The notes under the pieces are model-generated. The model had not been told where the DNA came from, did not search any database, and was given only the letters and a program-made list of their open reading frames with translations. Shown one piece after another: positions 51,501 to 63,363 of a stretch of 64,000 nucleotides of DNA. The DNA lies in NCBI GenBank assembly GCA_965153455.1, contig OZ234494.1, forward strand, positions 9,052,001 through 9,116,000, read 5' to 3'. The stretch comes from Sphagnum compactum (taxonomy: Eukaryota). The translations under genes and the position numbers were made by a program. The first letter of the stretch is position 1. The number at the start of each line of letters is the position of its first letter.

Positions 51501-53050
51501 TATCAAGATTTAAGGGAGCAACATGTGGTTACCCACATAGAATTTGACAGGGGAAACAAAGTTTTACTACTCAAATCCAAGACTGGAAGGGTTAATATGA
51601 GATGGCCAAAGTACAATTGAACAAACCCAGCCCCATTTTACCTGTTAGAATGAACAATAGGTTGAAGGAGTTATTGCTAGACAATACCTTATTTAAAGTG
51701 TAGAACCAAGCCTTGGGAGATAGAAATCCCAAGTGGAAATAGTGGTGGCATATTGTTTAGGAGTTCACAGGAGTAGATTTAGGACAGTATGGAGTTGGCT
51801 CATTTTGATGAACAAAGTTATCAACTTGAGCCACAATCTTACTAAATTGTTTTCCCTGATTTTGATACGAACCCACAAGTTTCATGTCTATGGAAATCGG
51901 AGCCAATAATAGAATTCTGACAACGCCATCTGTGCTACAACTTGTTACTAAACCAATTAGTCCACTAAGAGATGGAACAAGTTTAAAAATCATACCCTTA
52001 CATGTTCAGATTTTTACTATACCTATTCCAATAACCATTGTTGTTAATCAACTTGTAGAAGGTAGTGAGAGATCTAATAAGAAACAAGATGAACATGTTA
52101 ATCCTTCATATGTTATATTGGACAGTAGATTAAAGTCTTTAGAATTCTTATCTATTAGTGTACTTCTGACCCCACACTAAATAGGTATAGGTCAAGAGGT
52201 TACTTTGATATCAAATACCTTGCATGCCTTGGAGGTATACACAACACCCATAACAACCGTTGAAGACACACCTGATTGATAGAAGACTGCAACGCCAACT
52301 GATCTTCAAATCTTGAATCAAGTTGAACTTGTGGAGGTAGCAAGTGCTAAACTTGTCAAAGAAGTCATTAATCAACTGGTTACAAAAGGAAAAAATTAAC
52401 CTAGACCTTTGAGCTAATATTTCAAGGACGAAATATAAATTTCGAAAGGGGATAATGTTACCGAGATTTAACAAGTGACTTAATAGGTTGATAGTATAAG
52501 CAAGTTATTAAACCTAACAGGTGTCATAGCCTATTATTTAAACTAACATGTAGTATTAACTTAACCAGTTACTAAACTTGGTAGGTAATGACTGGGTTAA
52601 GAATATAGGTTGACAAGTTAATCAATAAGTAATATGTAGAACATGTACTTGACAAAACCGATAGTTGGCCATGTAGTTAAGCAGGGTGTTTTTTTTTGAA
52701 ATTTTGGACTATTGGTCTAGGTACTAGTTAATGACTGTTTATAATGGTCAGTTATGATTGTTGTATTTTGAATTGGCTAGTATAGGGCTAGGAGGACAAA
52801 CCTGTTGAAGGACTTTTGGATCTCATTCATGATTATGTGTTTCCACTTTTGAATCATGGAACATGGATCATTTTTCTTTCAGCCTATTTCCTTCAAGTTT
52901 GAGCAATTTGTGTACATGTTAGTTTAGGATTTGTAGTAACTTAAGTTTTATTTTATGTGTTGTATGTACTTGTTGCTACTTTAGGAACCTATTACTGAAA
53001 AAATCCAGAGTTGAATTAACCTTAATGGGAATAGAAAAACCCTATTAACA
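48560..53050 (+). mobile_element. Non-autonomous LTR retroelement with no recognisable gag/pol, nested in the transposase relic
   Basis: 3' LTR 52803-53050 (TGTTGA..TTAACA) follows the purine-rich AGGGCTAGGAGGACAAA. Its last ~80 bp are repeated at ~48560-48642, followed by PBS-like TGGTGACCA at 48645. The 5' LTR appears truncated; no TSD resolved. Confidence 0.65.
49223..51700 (+). pseudogene. Decayed retroelement accessory ORF: charged N-terminus, plant-transposon-protein-like core, coiled-coil C-terminus
   Basis: MSENALKRLRQEVKEK.. (ATG 49223); WAKQAGLERLFNLQWTTPKEDMLRNF..VHGQEILID; PINWCSIVLTQLL..CYSGLILDILFKKWFP; S/P/K/E-rich tract; heptad-like region 51050-51520. Many stops. No RT or integrase motifs seen. 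Confidence 0.5.
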
Positions 53051-56000
53051 GTCAAGTACATGATGTGATGACAATATTTAGGATTGTTCAGGGCTTTGTA
53101 GTTAATGTTTGATTATTTTGTAATCTTTGATTATTTTGTAATCCTTAACAAAAACATCAAATTTTTGAATAAAAAAAGCCTTGATATGGGCTAAATTCTT
53201 GCATTTTTGCAAAGAATTTTCCTAATGATATCAACATGTTCATTCTTTGCCCACCATCACATCATAATGGTTACCAATACCAAACTCCTTTGCCATTACA
53301 TTGAAGTTGGCTTGGGCATTGATGGTCATGAACCCTTTGAATTGAACATTGTCCACCCCATGTGATGTCATCAACTTTTCATTGCAAATCTATATATTCT
53401 TGTCACATGTCACATAAATAATGGTCATCACATGGCAAATGGAAGGATCATATACATGGTAGCTAAATGTGGTCCAATCTTTTACTTTCTTTGTGTGATC
53501 AAACATTATCCATGCATGTTGCAAGTCTCTTTCGAGTTGCATCCTTCTAAACAAGCCAATTCCAAATTTAGGTTTAGTTGTTGACATCCCGAATAAGTAC
53601 ACTTTAAACAAACCCTAACCAAGGGTATCATACATTTTCCTCCTTTTGACTTCCAAAATCTTATAGATACTACCATGTGTAGTTGATTGATCATGAAAAC
53701 ATTAAATTTGATTGTATAAACTTGGGGATGAAATAGTTTTGAGTTTATCCTTGAAGGCTACAAGTAAACTTCTCTAGGGGTTCATCCTCTAATCCAAACA
53801 CATAACTATCCATCCAAGATTCTCACACTATTAATGCAATTGTAGATAAAGTTCTTTTAAGGCATTTGGAAACCTTTTTTTATACAAGAGTATGCCATTG
53901 GATGTTTTTTGCAATCACATGGGGCCTTTTGATGTTTATGATTCTTGATGTAGAGACATGCCCTAGTCATATCAAATCTCTTATGATAAATGTACTACAT
54001 CTTTGCAAAACATTACACAATACAATGAGGTTTCATCTTGCAATGCACACAAATGATAAAAAATCCAAGGCTTCCATGGGAAGGAGAATTCACAACTTGC
54101 CTATCCTTACATGTACAATTTGTGCATGCCCATTGCACTTCATCTATGCACATCCACTATTAGGACAAACCAAACTACATGCACATACATGTTGTGTAAT
54201 GAAAAATGAGACCATGGACATTTTTTATGTTTGATGTTCTAGTGGACACCCATTCATGATGATCATACTTGTAATTTCATGCTTGAAAATGCACAAAACA
54301 AGAACAACTTGACTACTTTGATGGTCAAAGATCTAGCTTGTTTTTGTTCCTTTTGCCTACATAGAAATTAGTTTGATTATCAAATTGTGCAATGGATTAT
54401 TCAATCAAGGTGAAAACACACTTTGGGGGGGGAGGGGGGGGGGCAATTTAGGCACTTTCACAACAAGTATTATAATATCCACCTTTCAAAAATAATGCAT
54501 TGCATTTATTTTTGGTTATTTCTCTTAGTGTTTGGGCTTTATATTTTTATTTTCACAAAGTTAATGCTATTTAATATTATTTGAAAAATAAAATGGAATA
54601 TTAAATTCAAATAATCATGGGCATATCTATGGTATACACAATATAATAGAGGTTGTTCCTTGTTTCAAATTGCACTAATGTTTAGTTTGAATTAATCATC
54701 CAAGAAACATTTGAAATTGAATTTTAGCAAATGGCCCATTTCACATTTCTTGTCATCTTCCATTTGAAAGTGATTGTTTGTCAAATTTTTAATTTTCATA
54801 TATAGTCAACACCTTTCAAAAAACCCATTTGATATGATAATTATTCAAAAATTTTCACATGGTTCACAAATTTGATCCAATCATATGAAATCACAACGTT
54901 GAATAGATATTTCATATTTAATATAAATTTCATAAAGATTAAAACTCATTTCAACCATTTTTGGAATATATTGCATTTTTAATACATTGTTATGTACATT
55001 TTTTTAGCACATATATTCTAACATCACATAATAATAAAAATTAAAATATAATTTTTTTAACATTTGATTTTTTTGTGTTTTGTCCTACCAAAATATGCAA
55101 AAACATTGTGAAAATATATTTAGTAATGACATGGTGGAAGTTCAAACATGGGCACCCTTGAAAAAAAAATGATGTGACTACATTATTGGCCCCCTCATAG
55201 TGTGGTTTCACCTTATAATGTTATGTATGATGACTAAGATGGGGAGTGGGATTTGGTAAATACAAAATCTCCAATCCTACATTATGTCTAAAATCTGGAT
55301 TGAAATATAATAAAATTAAGACCAACACAATCTGTTCATTCAAATATACTTAGAACTAGTTTCAAAATTAAAATCCAGTATTGAAAGTATGAGAAAAAAA
55401 TCAAAATAACAACTCTGACTATGGAAACAAAGCTTTTCCAAAGATCAAAACATATTTCTCATACTCCATTAAAGCTCCATGTTGTAGAATGATACAATGA
55501 TGATAAAAACTATGTAATCTAACTAGTAATTGATATTTACAAGTAAACAACAACGTTAGACATTGGTATTGTAAATAAAGAATTTTGTTTAAAATAAAAA
55601 ATGATTTCTTATCAAATCAATGATGGGATCTGATATGATTTGACTTGAACTTCATGTTCTATGGTAAGAACCTTTACAACAATGCTTGCAAACTTTGGTT
55701 GTAATCTATACAAATACAAAAGCCAAAGGATGTGCATGTTGTTGCATTTTCCATTCCACAACTTCCCTACCTTGAACAATGTACAACATACCACAAAGGA
55801 GCATCATGTTCCCCCTGTTTTGGTTTGTTGGAACAATGCAATGACAATGACGAATGAACATGGTCTTCCCTTGTTTCAATTGTTGCAACAATGTGATAAC
55901 AATGACCATAGGGGAGTGTGATGCTCCCGTGATTCTATTGTTGCAACAACAACATAGAAAATAAAATTAGAGAGAACACAATGCTCCCCTTCCATTTCAA

Positions 56001-56719
56001 TTGTTACATTTAGTTTATTACAATGACTTGGGTTGTTGTGGGGAGCTTATTTGTGTGCTGACCTTGGATGATGCAATGAACTTGCTTATTGTGATGGCTT
56101 CGGTTGCTATGATGAGTTTTCAAGTTATGATGTTTGTTAGTTTCCTTACTTTCAACGAGCAAGCAAGAAATGAAGCTAAGGGTAGCTAGGAAAGCATGAA
56201 ACTAGGTTAAGGTAGGTAGAATTTGAGCTATGGTGACTAATTATGATTCTACCCTAGTCAATATATTAGATTCCTTTGAAGGATGTTGTGGGCCATGACT
56301 ATTTAAAGTGGCCAAGAAATAAAGGGGACATGATTCCACAAAGAGAAAAATCAATCCCGTAAATAGTGGAATGGGCCCCACCCCCGGCCATTACTCCAAG
56401 GGGGATGATTTTTTTTCATTTACTTGTCTCCATCCACCACGGATGAGAGGTAACTCCGAATGTGATGGTCAATGAGCCTTTGGCCATGAATAAAGACCTC
56501 AAGCTTTTTCCTAGTGGAAATATCAGAGCATATTTACTCATGGTAAAAGGGAAGTGGGTATAGGGGCCTAAACCGACCACAAGTAAAATTACACTATTTG
56601 ACAAATAAGAAGTCACCATGTGTCAAAAACTTTAGGGAAAGTGGCACTGCACTTTATGGGATTCGAAATCCTGTTTTGAGATCTCATCACCACCGGCTAC
56701 AATGGGTACGTGGTGATGA

Positions 56720-57400
56720 GACCTCAAATGGGGGAGGGGTTTGTTTTTCTCTACCTCTTATGTAAAGGATTCTGAAGGCAGATTCTGCCACTTTCTAGAA
56801 ATCTTGGATTTCATAAATGACGATTTTGACTGGTTCTACAAAGAACAGCTAGAGTGCTATTTTATTAGCAGAATCTTCCATTAAAAAGCCGTTACACCAT
56901 GGGAAACGCCCCTAGGGTGTATTCTGTGCCCTTGTAAGCATTTAATGTGAGGCCCAGGGTTCCAGCCTCAAAGGAAGGGGGTGTTCTCTTCTTTACTAAT
57001 TATGTAAAGGATTTTGAAGGTAGATTGTGCGACTTGTTAGAAATCTTAGATTACAAAATTGGTACCTCCTCAAAGGAAGGGCGGATTTTGAGGGACATGA
57101 AATTTCTTCAAATACAACTAGAGTGCTATTCTTTTTAACAGAATCTTCCCTTAAAAAGCCTTTACACCAGGGAAACCGTCTTTAGAGAGTATTCTGCACC
57201 ATTGTAAGCATTGAAGGTGAGGCCCAGTGATTTTGAAGGTAGATTCTGCCACTTGTGTGAAATCTTCTATTGCAGAATCGGGACCTCCTCAAAAGGAAGT
57301 GCCGATTTCAAGAGATGTGCAATTTTTCAAAAATCAACTAAAGTGATATTTCTAAAACGGAATCTCCTCTTACGAATCGTTAACGCAATGTAAAGCGTTC
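56720..57400 (+). repeat. Three degenerate tandem copies of a ~240-270-bp unit upstream of the ROMO1 gene
   Basis: GATT(C/T)TGAAGG(C/T)AGATT(C/G)TG at about 56768, 57010 and 57229; AACAGCTAGAGTGCTATT / AATCTTCC..TTAAAAAGCC blocks are repeated. Confidence 0.7.
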
Positions 57401-57432
57401 ATTGCCCAGCGATTTAGGGTTCCAGGCTCTTC

Positions 57433-57441
57433 TTAGGGTTT
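57433..57441 (-). promoter_or_regulatory. Telo-box (AAACCCTAA) upstream of ROMO1
   Basis: TTAGGGTTT at 57433-57441 and a second TTTAGGGTT at ~57413, ~300 bp before the ATG; such motifs are common near plant housekeeping promoters. Confidence 0.45.
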
Positions 57442-57735
57442 CAGTTTTCTTCGTATTTCTGTGCGAATTGAGTTGCTGCTGTGGGTGTCGTGCGGGGTAG
57501 TCCTTTCTCTGTGGAGTTGGGTTTTGGAATCCAGAGCTTGATCTATCGAGAAGAAACGTGAAGTGGAGAGAGAGTTGGGGTTGTTGTTGGAAGCCAGAGC
57601 CAATGAGCTGGTGAGAAAAGGGTAAGAGTGGCAGGAGAATAGTTGTGGGTGTTGGAACCCAGAGCATGAGCTGCTTCTGATCAGAAAAAAAAGGGAGTGA
57701 GGAGAGGGGAGGGAGAGAGATTTAGGACGAAGAAG

Positions 57736-57960
57736 ATGGCGAGGAATGATTGCTTGACGAGGGTGGTGGCAGGTGTGGGAGTCGGGGGAGCGGTAGGCGG
57801 GGCTATTGGAGCTGTGTACGGCACCTACGAGGCTTTCAGGTATAGAATCCCGGGCCTTCTCAAGGTTCGTTATGTGGGGCAGACCACCTTGGGTAGTGCT
57901 GCAGTTTTCGGCCTGTTTCTCGGAGCTGGTAGCCTGATCCACTGCGGGAAGAATTACTAG
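57736..57960 (+). CDS. ROMO1: Reactive oxygen species modulator 1 / Mgr2-like mitochondrial inner-membrane protein (74 aa)
   Basis: MARNDCLTRVVAGVGVGGAVGGAIGAVYGTYEAFRYRIPGLLKVRYVGQTTLGSAAVFGLFLGAGSLIHCGKNY, the characteristic plant Romo1/Mgr2 Gly-rich two-helix sequence; intact single-exon ORF. Confidence 0.93.
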   Translation: MARNDCLTRVVAGVGVGGAVGGAIGAVYGTYEAFRYRIPGLLKVRYVGQTTLGSAAVFGLFLGAGSLIHCGKNY

Positions 57961-60600
57961 TGGGCTGCAAGCAAGCGGCCGAAAGAACGAATGATGGGTG
58001 CTGCTTGTTTGTCGGTTTGCACGGTTGCACCTCGACAGGATTTTCAAAAGAGACAAAAAAGAAAGCAACCTGTGTGTTCTCTTTTACTCACATTAAGAGT
58101 GCCAAAGATCTCTCAGGTATTGAGGCCTTTTTTTGGGGTTTGTTGTTCAGCTCTCTGGCTGGCCAGGGTTTTTTCAAGTGGCCATTTGTTTGTGAATCTG
58201 GTTTACTGAATTGCTTATCTGCCATGCTGATAATTGCATGTGGAAAGTGACAGCCCCATCTTGATTTTGGGGTGTATAAAATTTGCATCAATCAACTCTC
58301 TGGAATCAGATTTCTGAGAGTTGTCTTTGAATCTCTTTCGGATCATCCATTGCCTGTTTACTTGTTGAGAGCCACTCTTTTGTTCTTGTAGATGGTCTAC
58401 CGGCTGGTTCTAGTCATGATGCAATAATACAAGGGCAAAATTCACACTCTGTCAATCAGCAAATGCAAATTGTTAGGAAGTGATCAGATTTACATGCAGT
58501 GTGTTTTTGGATGAGACTCTCATTGCCATTGCTATTTGTGAGTTCTTCTGGGAAACATTATCCATGGATTCTTCCTGCGAAGCAAAGATGAACATCAACA
58601 CTGATGTGTGGAGGAAATGCAGGAAGTTGTTCAACAAAACATAGAGGAATCAAAAATTACCACAGGGCAAAGACAAAAGGATCAAACCATCTGAATGGAG
58701 ATCTTGAAATGACTTTTTTGCAGCTGTTCTGTTTGTGGAATAAGAGAATCCAAAGTGATGACACAGAGACCTGAAATTTTGTCTGCAAAAGTTTCCACAT
58801 GGGTTGGTTTCCACTGAGATACCTAATGCTCAATGTTTCCTGTGTCCACTTGGGTTTCGGTGAATATGTGTTGGCACTCAATGGTTACTGATTTTTTCTC
58901 CGTTCTATATAGTTTTAAAAAGATAGGTAAACAGAGCTCAATGGTTACTGATTTATCTCCTTTCTTGCTATAGCTGAGAAAAAGATAGATAAAACAGAGC
59001 ATTGCAAAATGTCAATCAGTGTCTTTGAAGAAAACTCTGGATGAGATTTTTGCTGGAGACTATGACTAGGTTGAACAAACATGATTGGAAAGAAAAGAGA
59101 AATTCTGAGTACTATCATCTGATCTCCCATTAACCATTTGCTCTCTCTATGCTATCTATGTTACACAAAGAGGAAGAAGCCTAATTCCAAAAATCTTCTC
59201 CAGATTTTTATGTGTTATCCTCTTCACCTACTGAAAAGTTTGGCCTCTTATCAAGCTCTCTGAAAATCCATTTCTTACATACTCAAGATTCCTTTCTCCA
59301 TGGGAGGAGAGAGAGAGAGAGAAATCAATCAAAAAGAGCACTACTACCACCACTGCCATTCCTAGCTCAGAGAAGGGAAGTGAATCAGTAGTTCATAATA
59401 ACAAGCAGCCAAACTGTTTCTGTCAGTTCCAGCAGAGAACCAAAACTTAAAAAGACAACAATTGAGCGATGTGAGTTCAAAAAGGGAAACTGCAGTTGCT
59501 GCTGTTGATTCTCTCACTCTCTCACGCCAGAGCTTCCGCACCCTGCGGAAGAGGGTGCCGCGACGCAGCACAGAAAAGACTAAGTATGAACTGGATTTTA
59601 TTGATACACTTTTTGACGGGGAGATTATGGTGTTCATACCGTGCATGAATCGGGCAGGCCAAATGTTGGTATTGCGTTCACACGGGGAGTGGACAAAAAC
59701 GAGAGTTATGATGAGGTGTCAAACAACACGTCAACGATTGGAAAAGGGCCCCCGGCAAAAGCAGTTGGAAAGAAATGAAAATTGGCGGAAAGAAATGGTC
59801 CAGCTGGCAGCCAGCGACTGCAAAGGCAAAAGATGCACGGTCTCCCCTCTAGCCTTTTTTTTTTCGCTGGGTATAAATAGCGAAAAAGCTATGTTTAAAA
59901 TTAAAAATTGCTATAATCAAGTGCTTTTTGAGATTTTCAATAGCCAGAATTCGACCAAAATTTAAGAAAAATCGCCAGATTTCTATATGCGCTTCAAGTA
60001 GTTAGCCAAAAACATTTAGCTTGTAGTCAAATTTGGCTAATTCTTCTTGTGGATCGTGGCCTCTTTGGCTACGTCACAAAATTGACAAAAGAAACATTGG
60101 TTCAAGTAGGGTTTTTCTTTTTTTCCAAATTCCTCAAGTAGGTCCATTCGTGAGGATCCCCAGCACTAATTAGCATTAAATGGCGACTGTACTAGGTAGA
60201 CTATAGCGTTTTTACAAAAGTGCTGCTGCAAGTGGCGACCTAGGAAGTGCATAGGTCTAGATGTGGCTAATTTAATTATTTTTATTTCGAAAAATGGCGA
60301 AGAATGTGCTAAAAATCACATACTTTTCGTGGGTTTTTCTTCTCTCCCCATTTCCTGAAAATAAAATGCGCCAAGTTGAGAAATTTCGCGAAAAAAGCCT
60401 TTGTACAATTCGCACTGGGTTTTTTTTTCGTTTGTCGCCACAATGCGAAAGCATTCGCCACTATAATTAAAAAACAAAAAAAACACTGTCGAGTGCCGTA
60501 AGAAAAAGAGGAGACAGAGAAAGAAAAAGAAAGGGAGCGGGGGTGAAGCGAGCGAGCGATCGAGGGTTTGTTCCCGTCCTCCGCAGCGTCCCCCTCGCGC

Positions 60601-60690
60601 ATGGACCAAGCTGCTCTCGCTGGAAGATGGTGGCTATGGAGCAAGTGCGCCCTCAAGATCTCGCCGCGCACATCCCAACTGCGTCATTGA
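60601..60690 (+). other. Upstream ORF 1 (29 aa, MDQAALAGRWWLWSKCALKISPRTSQLRH) in the predicted leader of the acidic-protein gene
   Basis: ATG 60601, TGA 60688-60690. An overlapping uORF2 (60627-60809, 60 aa) is in another frame. Predicted leader intron 60939-61102. Confidence 0.5.
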
Positions 60691-61174
60691 CGCTCTCAAG
60701 TGTGCACAGTAGCAGTTGGCGCCTTCTTCTTCTTCTTCTTCTGTCTTCGCACACTTGCGCGGCGGTACCTGTCAATTGCAATCGACCGCAGAAGACGAGT
60801 CTGAGATAATCGTGGCGACGACTCACTCTCGCGGCGGCGGTATTTTGCCGTTTTTGCGACTGCCAGGAGGAGTAGTATTAGGGAAGCTGCTGGTTCTTGG
60901 CGACGATTGCATTGCTGCGGGGGTGACAGCTTTGGAGAGTAAGGTTTGCAGACAGGTCTTGGAGGATCTTGATCTGTTCAGCAAGCAGGGAACAAGAATA
61001 GGAGGTGGTGGCAGTGGTGGTATTATTGTTATTGTTCAGTTGAGCTTTTTGTTGCACAACCGCTTTGCTGCTGCTGCCGCGGAGCAAGTTTTGTGCTTGT
61101 AGGTTGTTGTGCGGATGCCCTGTGACAACTCGGGTTTGTGATTGTCGAGTGGGCCCGGTTTGTCTTCTGTCGGC

Positions 61175-61801
61175 ATGATGAAAGCTAATAAGCAGTACTT
61201 GGAGAAGGCGGTGGACGCCAACAACGATAAGGAGCGGCCTGAGTCTGACGACGAGGGAGGAGACTCCGAAGAAGAAGAGGAGGAAGAGGAGGAGGAGGGG
61301 GAGGAGGAGGAGGAAGAAGAAGATGTGGATGATGCTAACGGCCATGGCCTTGATGTGAATGGTAACCACCAAGGCGTTAGGGACTCCAAGGTGATTGTGC
61401 TTGAAGATGATGATGAGGAGGAAGAGGAAGAAGACGAAGGCGAAGGGGAAGAAGAAAGAGATGACGATGGAGAAGAAAACGAGGATTCGGACGATGAGGA
61501 AGACGACGACGACGGTGGGAGCTACCATCGAGAGGAAGTCGTAGTGGCGGCTGCTCATGTCAGAGGAGGAGGGACTGCCACCACTGGCGTCAACAACAAC
61601 ATACATGGCTCCGAGGATGACGAGGTTGAAGACGATGACGAAGACGATGTGGAGGTGCAGGACATAGAAGAGGAGAGCGACGACGACGAGGCTGGTGGAG
61701 AAGACGAAGAAGAAGAAGAAGAAGACGAAGAGGAGGCCGTTGGTGATGACGAAGAGGACGACGAAGGTGAGAGCCTCCTCCTCCCTCCTCTCCTTAAGAG
61801 T

Positions 61802-61857
<56 letters not shown>

Positions 61858-63296
61858 CGTTCTTGTTCAGAAAAAAAAATTCCTCCTCTTTTGTTGGCCT
61901 GAAAGAACACACTGCTGGATCATCATCATAGTAGGTTTGAGGTTTTAGAGGCTTGCGGCGGCACTATCATTTTGCAAGCTTCTGTAAAGTCCTTCTGTTG
62001 CCACAAGAATCCTTGTTTTCTTTTTCAGACCTGCAGCCTTCGTTTTTTCACTTTGCAGAGCATCCGAGCGGCGCGGTTGTCAGCACAGAGGGAGAACTTG
62101 ATGTTCAAGAACATGATGAAAACGAGGAAGATGAGAACGGAGAGCTTGGAGAAGATGAAGAAGACGAAGCAGAAGACGATGAGGTGGAGGATGACGACGA
62201 CGAAGATGACGCTGGGAAAGACGAGGTATAATAAGAGACACACCACCCTTCTTCTTTTATGGCCTACCTCCTTCGCTTGTGGGTTTTATATATGGGTTCT
62301 GTTCTCAAGGACATATGCAGACTGTGAATACCTTGTTGGAGAGACGCTCTTTTTTCCCTGAACTTCACATGAACAACAACCTGGTGCTCTGTTCAGCTTG
62401 TGCAGCAGATGTACTGACTTTTGTTGCTGATAGAGTTTCCTCCTGATTGTGGTGTTCAATCCATTTTGCTGTCTACTTCCTTTGCCTGGTAGTTCAACAG
62501 GAGAGAGATGTAAGAGGTCTAGAAGGGTTGTGGGAAGGGAAGTCTTGAGGAGGAGAGTAGTAGCAGGGTTTCATGTAGAGACCATATAAATTACATGCCA
62601 GATGGGGTTTCCAAGGGCTTCCAGCTGTGGCAGCTTGCTACTGTTGTTGTGCTCACTTCCATACCACTAGTGTAAGAGTTTGTGGGAAGTAACAAGAAGG
62701 CATGTAAAGAAAGTCTTCCCTTTTTGATCCTGCAATCCTGCTTCTAATCTGAAGTTTTGAAGCATGGGTGGTGACTGCTGTTGCCTGAACTCCTGGGGTT
62801 GTTGGTTTACAAAACGCTGGCACGGTCTCGCTGATATTTCATGTTATAATACCCAAAGTTACATTGGGAGGGTGCATGCAGATTTTTGCAGATTGGTCTA
62901 TCTGATGACTGTCACAACTCCAGACTTTTCCACATCTCAGTCCTGTTAGATGCTGTGTTTGAGGCAGAGTTTTAGCTAGTTGGTAGTGGCTCCTTTGTGT
63001 GTGTGTGACATGCGGTTGTCAAATCTGACCTATACCCCTGCCTGTCTCTGTGTGTGTTGCAGGAGGATGAAGAGGACTATGGCACAGAGTATCTGGTGCA
63101 ACCTGTGCAGCCAGAAGATGATGAAGGAGCCAGTGACTTTGAACCAGGTGAAGGTGACAATGAGGATGATGAGGATGAGTTTGAAGATGAAGAGGAGGAT
63201 GTTGTTGAGGAGGCTGTTAAAGAACCCATGTTGGTCAAGGGGAAACGGAGTAGAGAGGAGGATGAGGAAAAAGAGGGACGGCCACTGAAACGGTAA
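61175..63296 (+). CDS. Highly acidic nuclear protein related to the C-terminal part of plant ANP32 (LRR domain absent), ~330 aa
   Basis: Exons 61175-61766, 62059-62225 and 63063-63292/63296 (GT-AG, phases fit). Motifs QYLEK..DKERPESDDE, DVEVQDIEEESDD, VSTEGELD, DYGTEYLVQPV..GASDFEP and basic tail KGKRSR..RPLKR. CG|GTAAGT at 63293 may be a further donor. In-frame TGA at 61139 precedes the ATG. Confidence 0.8.
61805..61852 (+). repeat. (GA)n microsatellite in intron; others at 63323-63362 and 59308-59322
   Basis: Direct reading of the sequence. Confidence 0.95.
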
Positions 63297-63320
63297 GTGA
63301 CTGATTGTTGAAAAGAGATA

Positions 63321-63363
<43 letters not shown>

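Larger units (their letters stand above)
46530..54290 (-). pseudogene. Heavily decayed MULE-type GCM/DDE/SWIM transposase, copy 2 (same family as 13970-19600)
   Basis: Remnants: KYDHHEWVSTRTSNI (~54260), RRMQLERDLQHAWIMFDHTKKVKDWTTFSYHVYDP (~53500), QFKGFMTINAQANFN (~53320), WLAYWHF (~48460), EGKERLGSFKRKL..SHR (~47530), YVPCKHMYYVL (SWIM, ~46630). Confidence 0.7.

Noticed and set aside
57433-59965. ORFs 57433-58068 (-), 57960-58250 (+) and 59462-59965 (+)
   Set aside because: No recognisable domains; they are antisense to ROMO1, in its 3' region, or run into dispersed repeat sequence.
60878-61912. 344-aa hydrophobic minus-strand ORF that looks like a membrane protein
   Set aside because: Antisense of the GAA/GAG/GAT-rich acidic exon plus the GA microsatellite.
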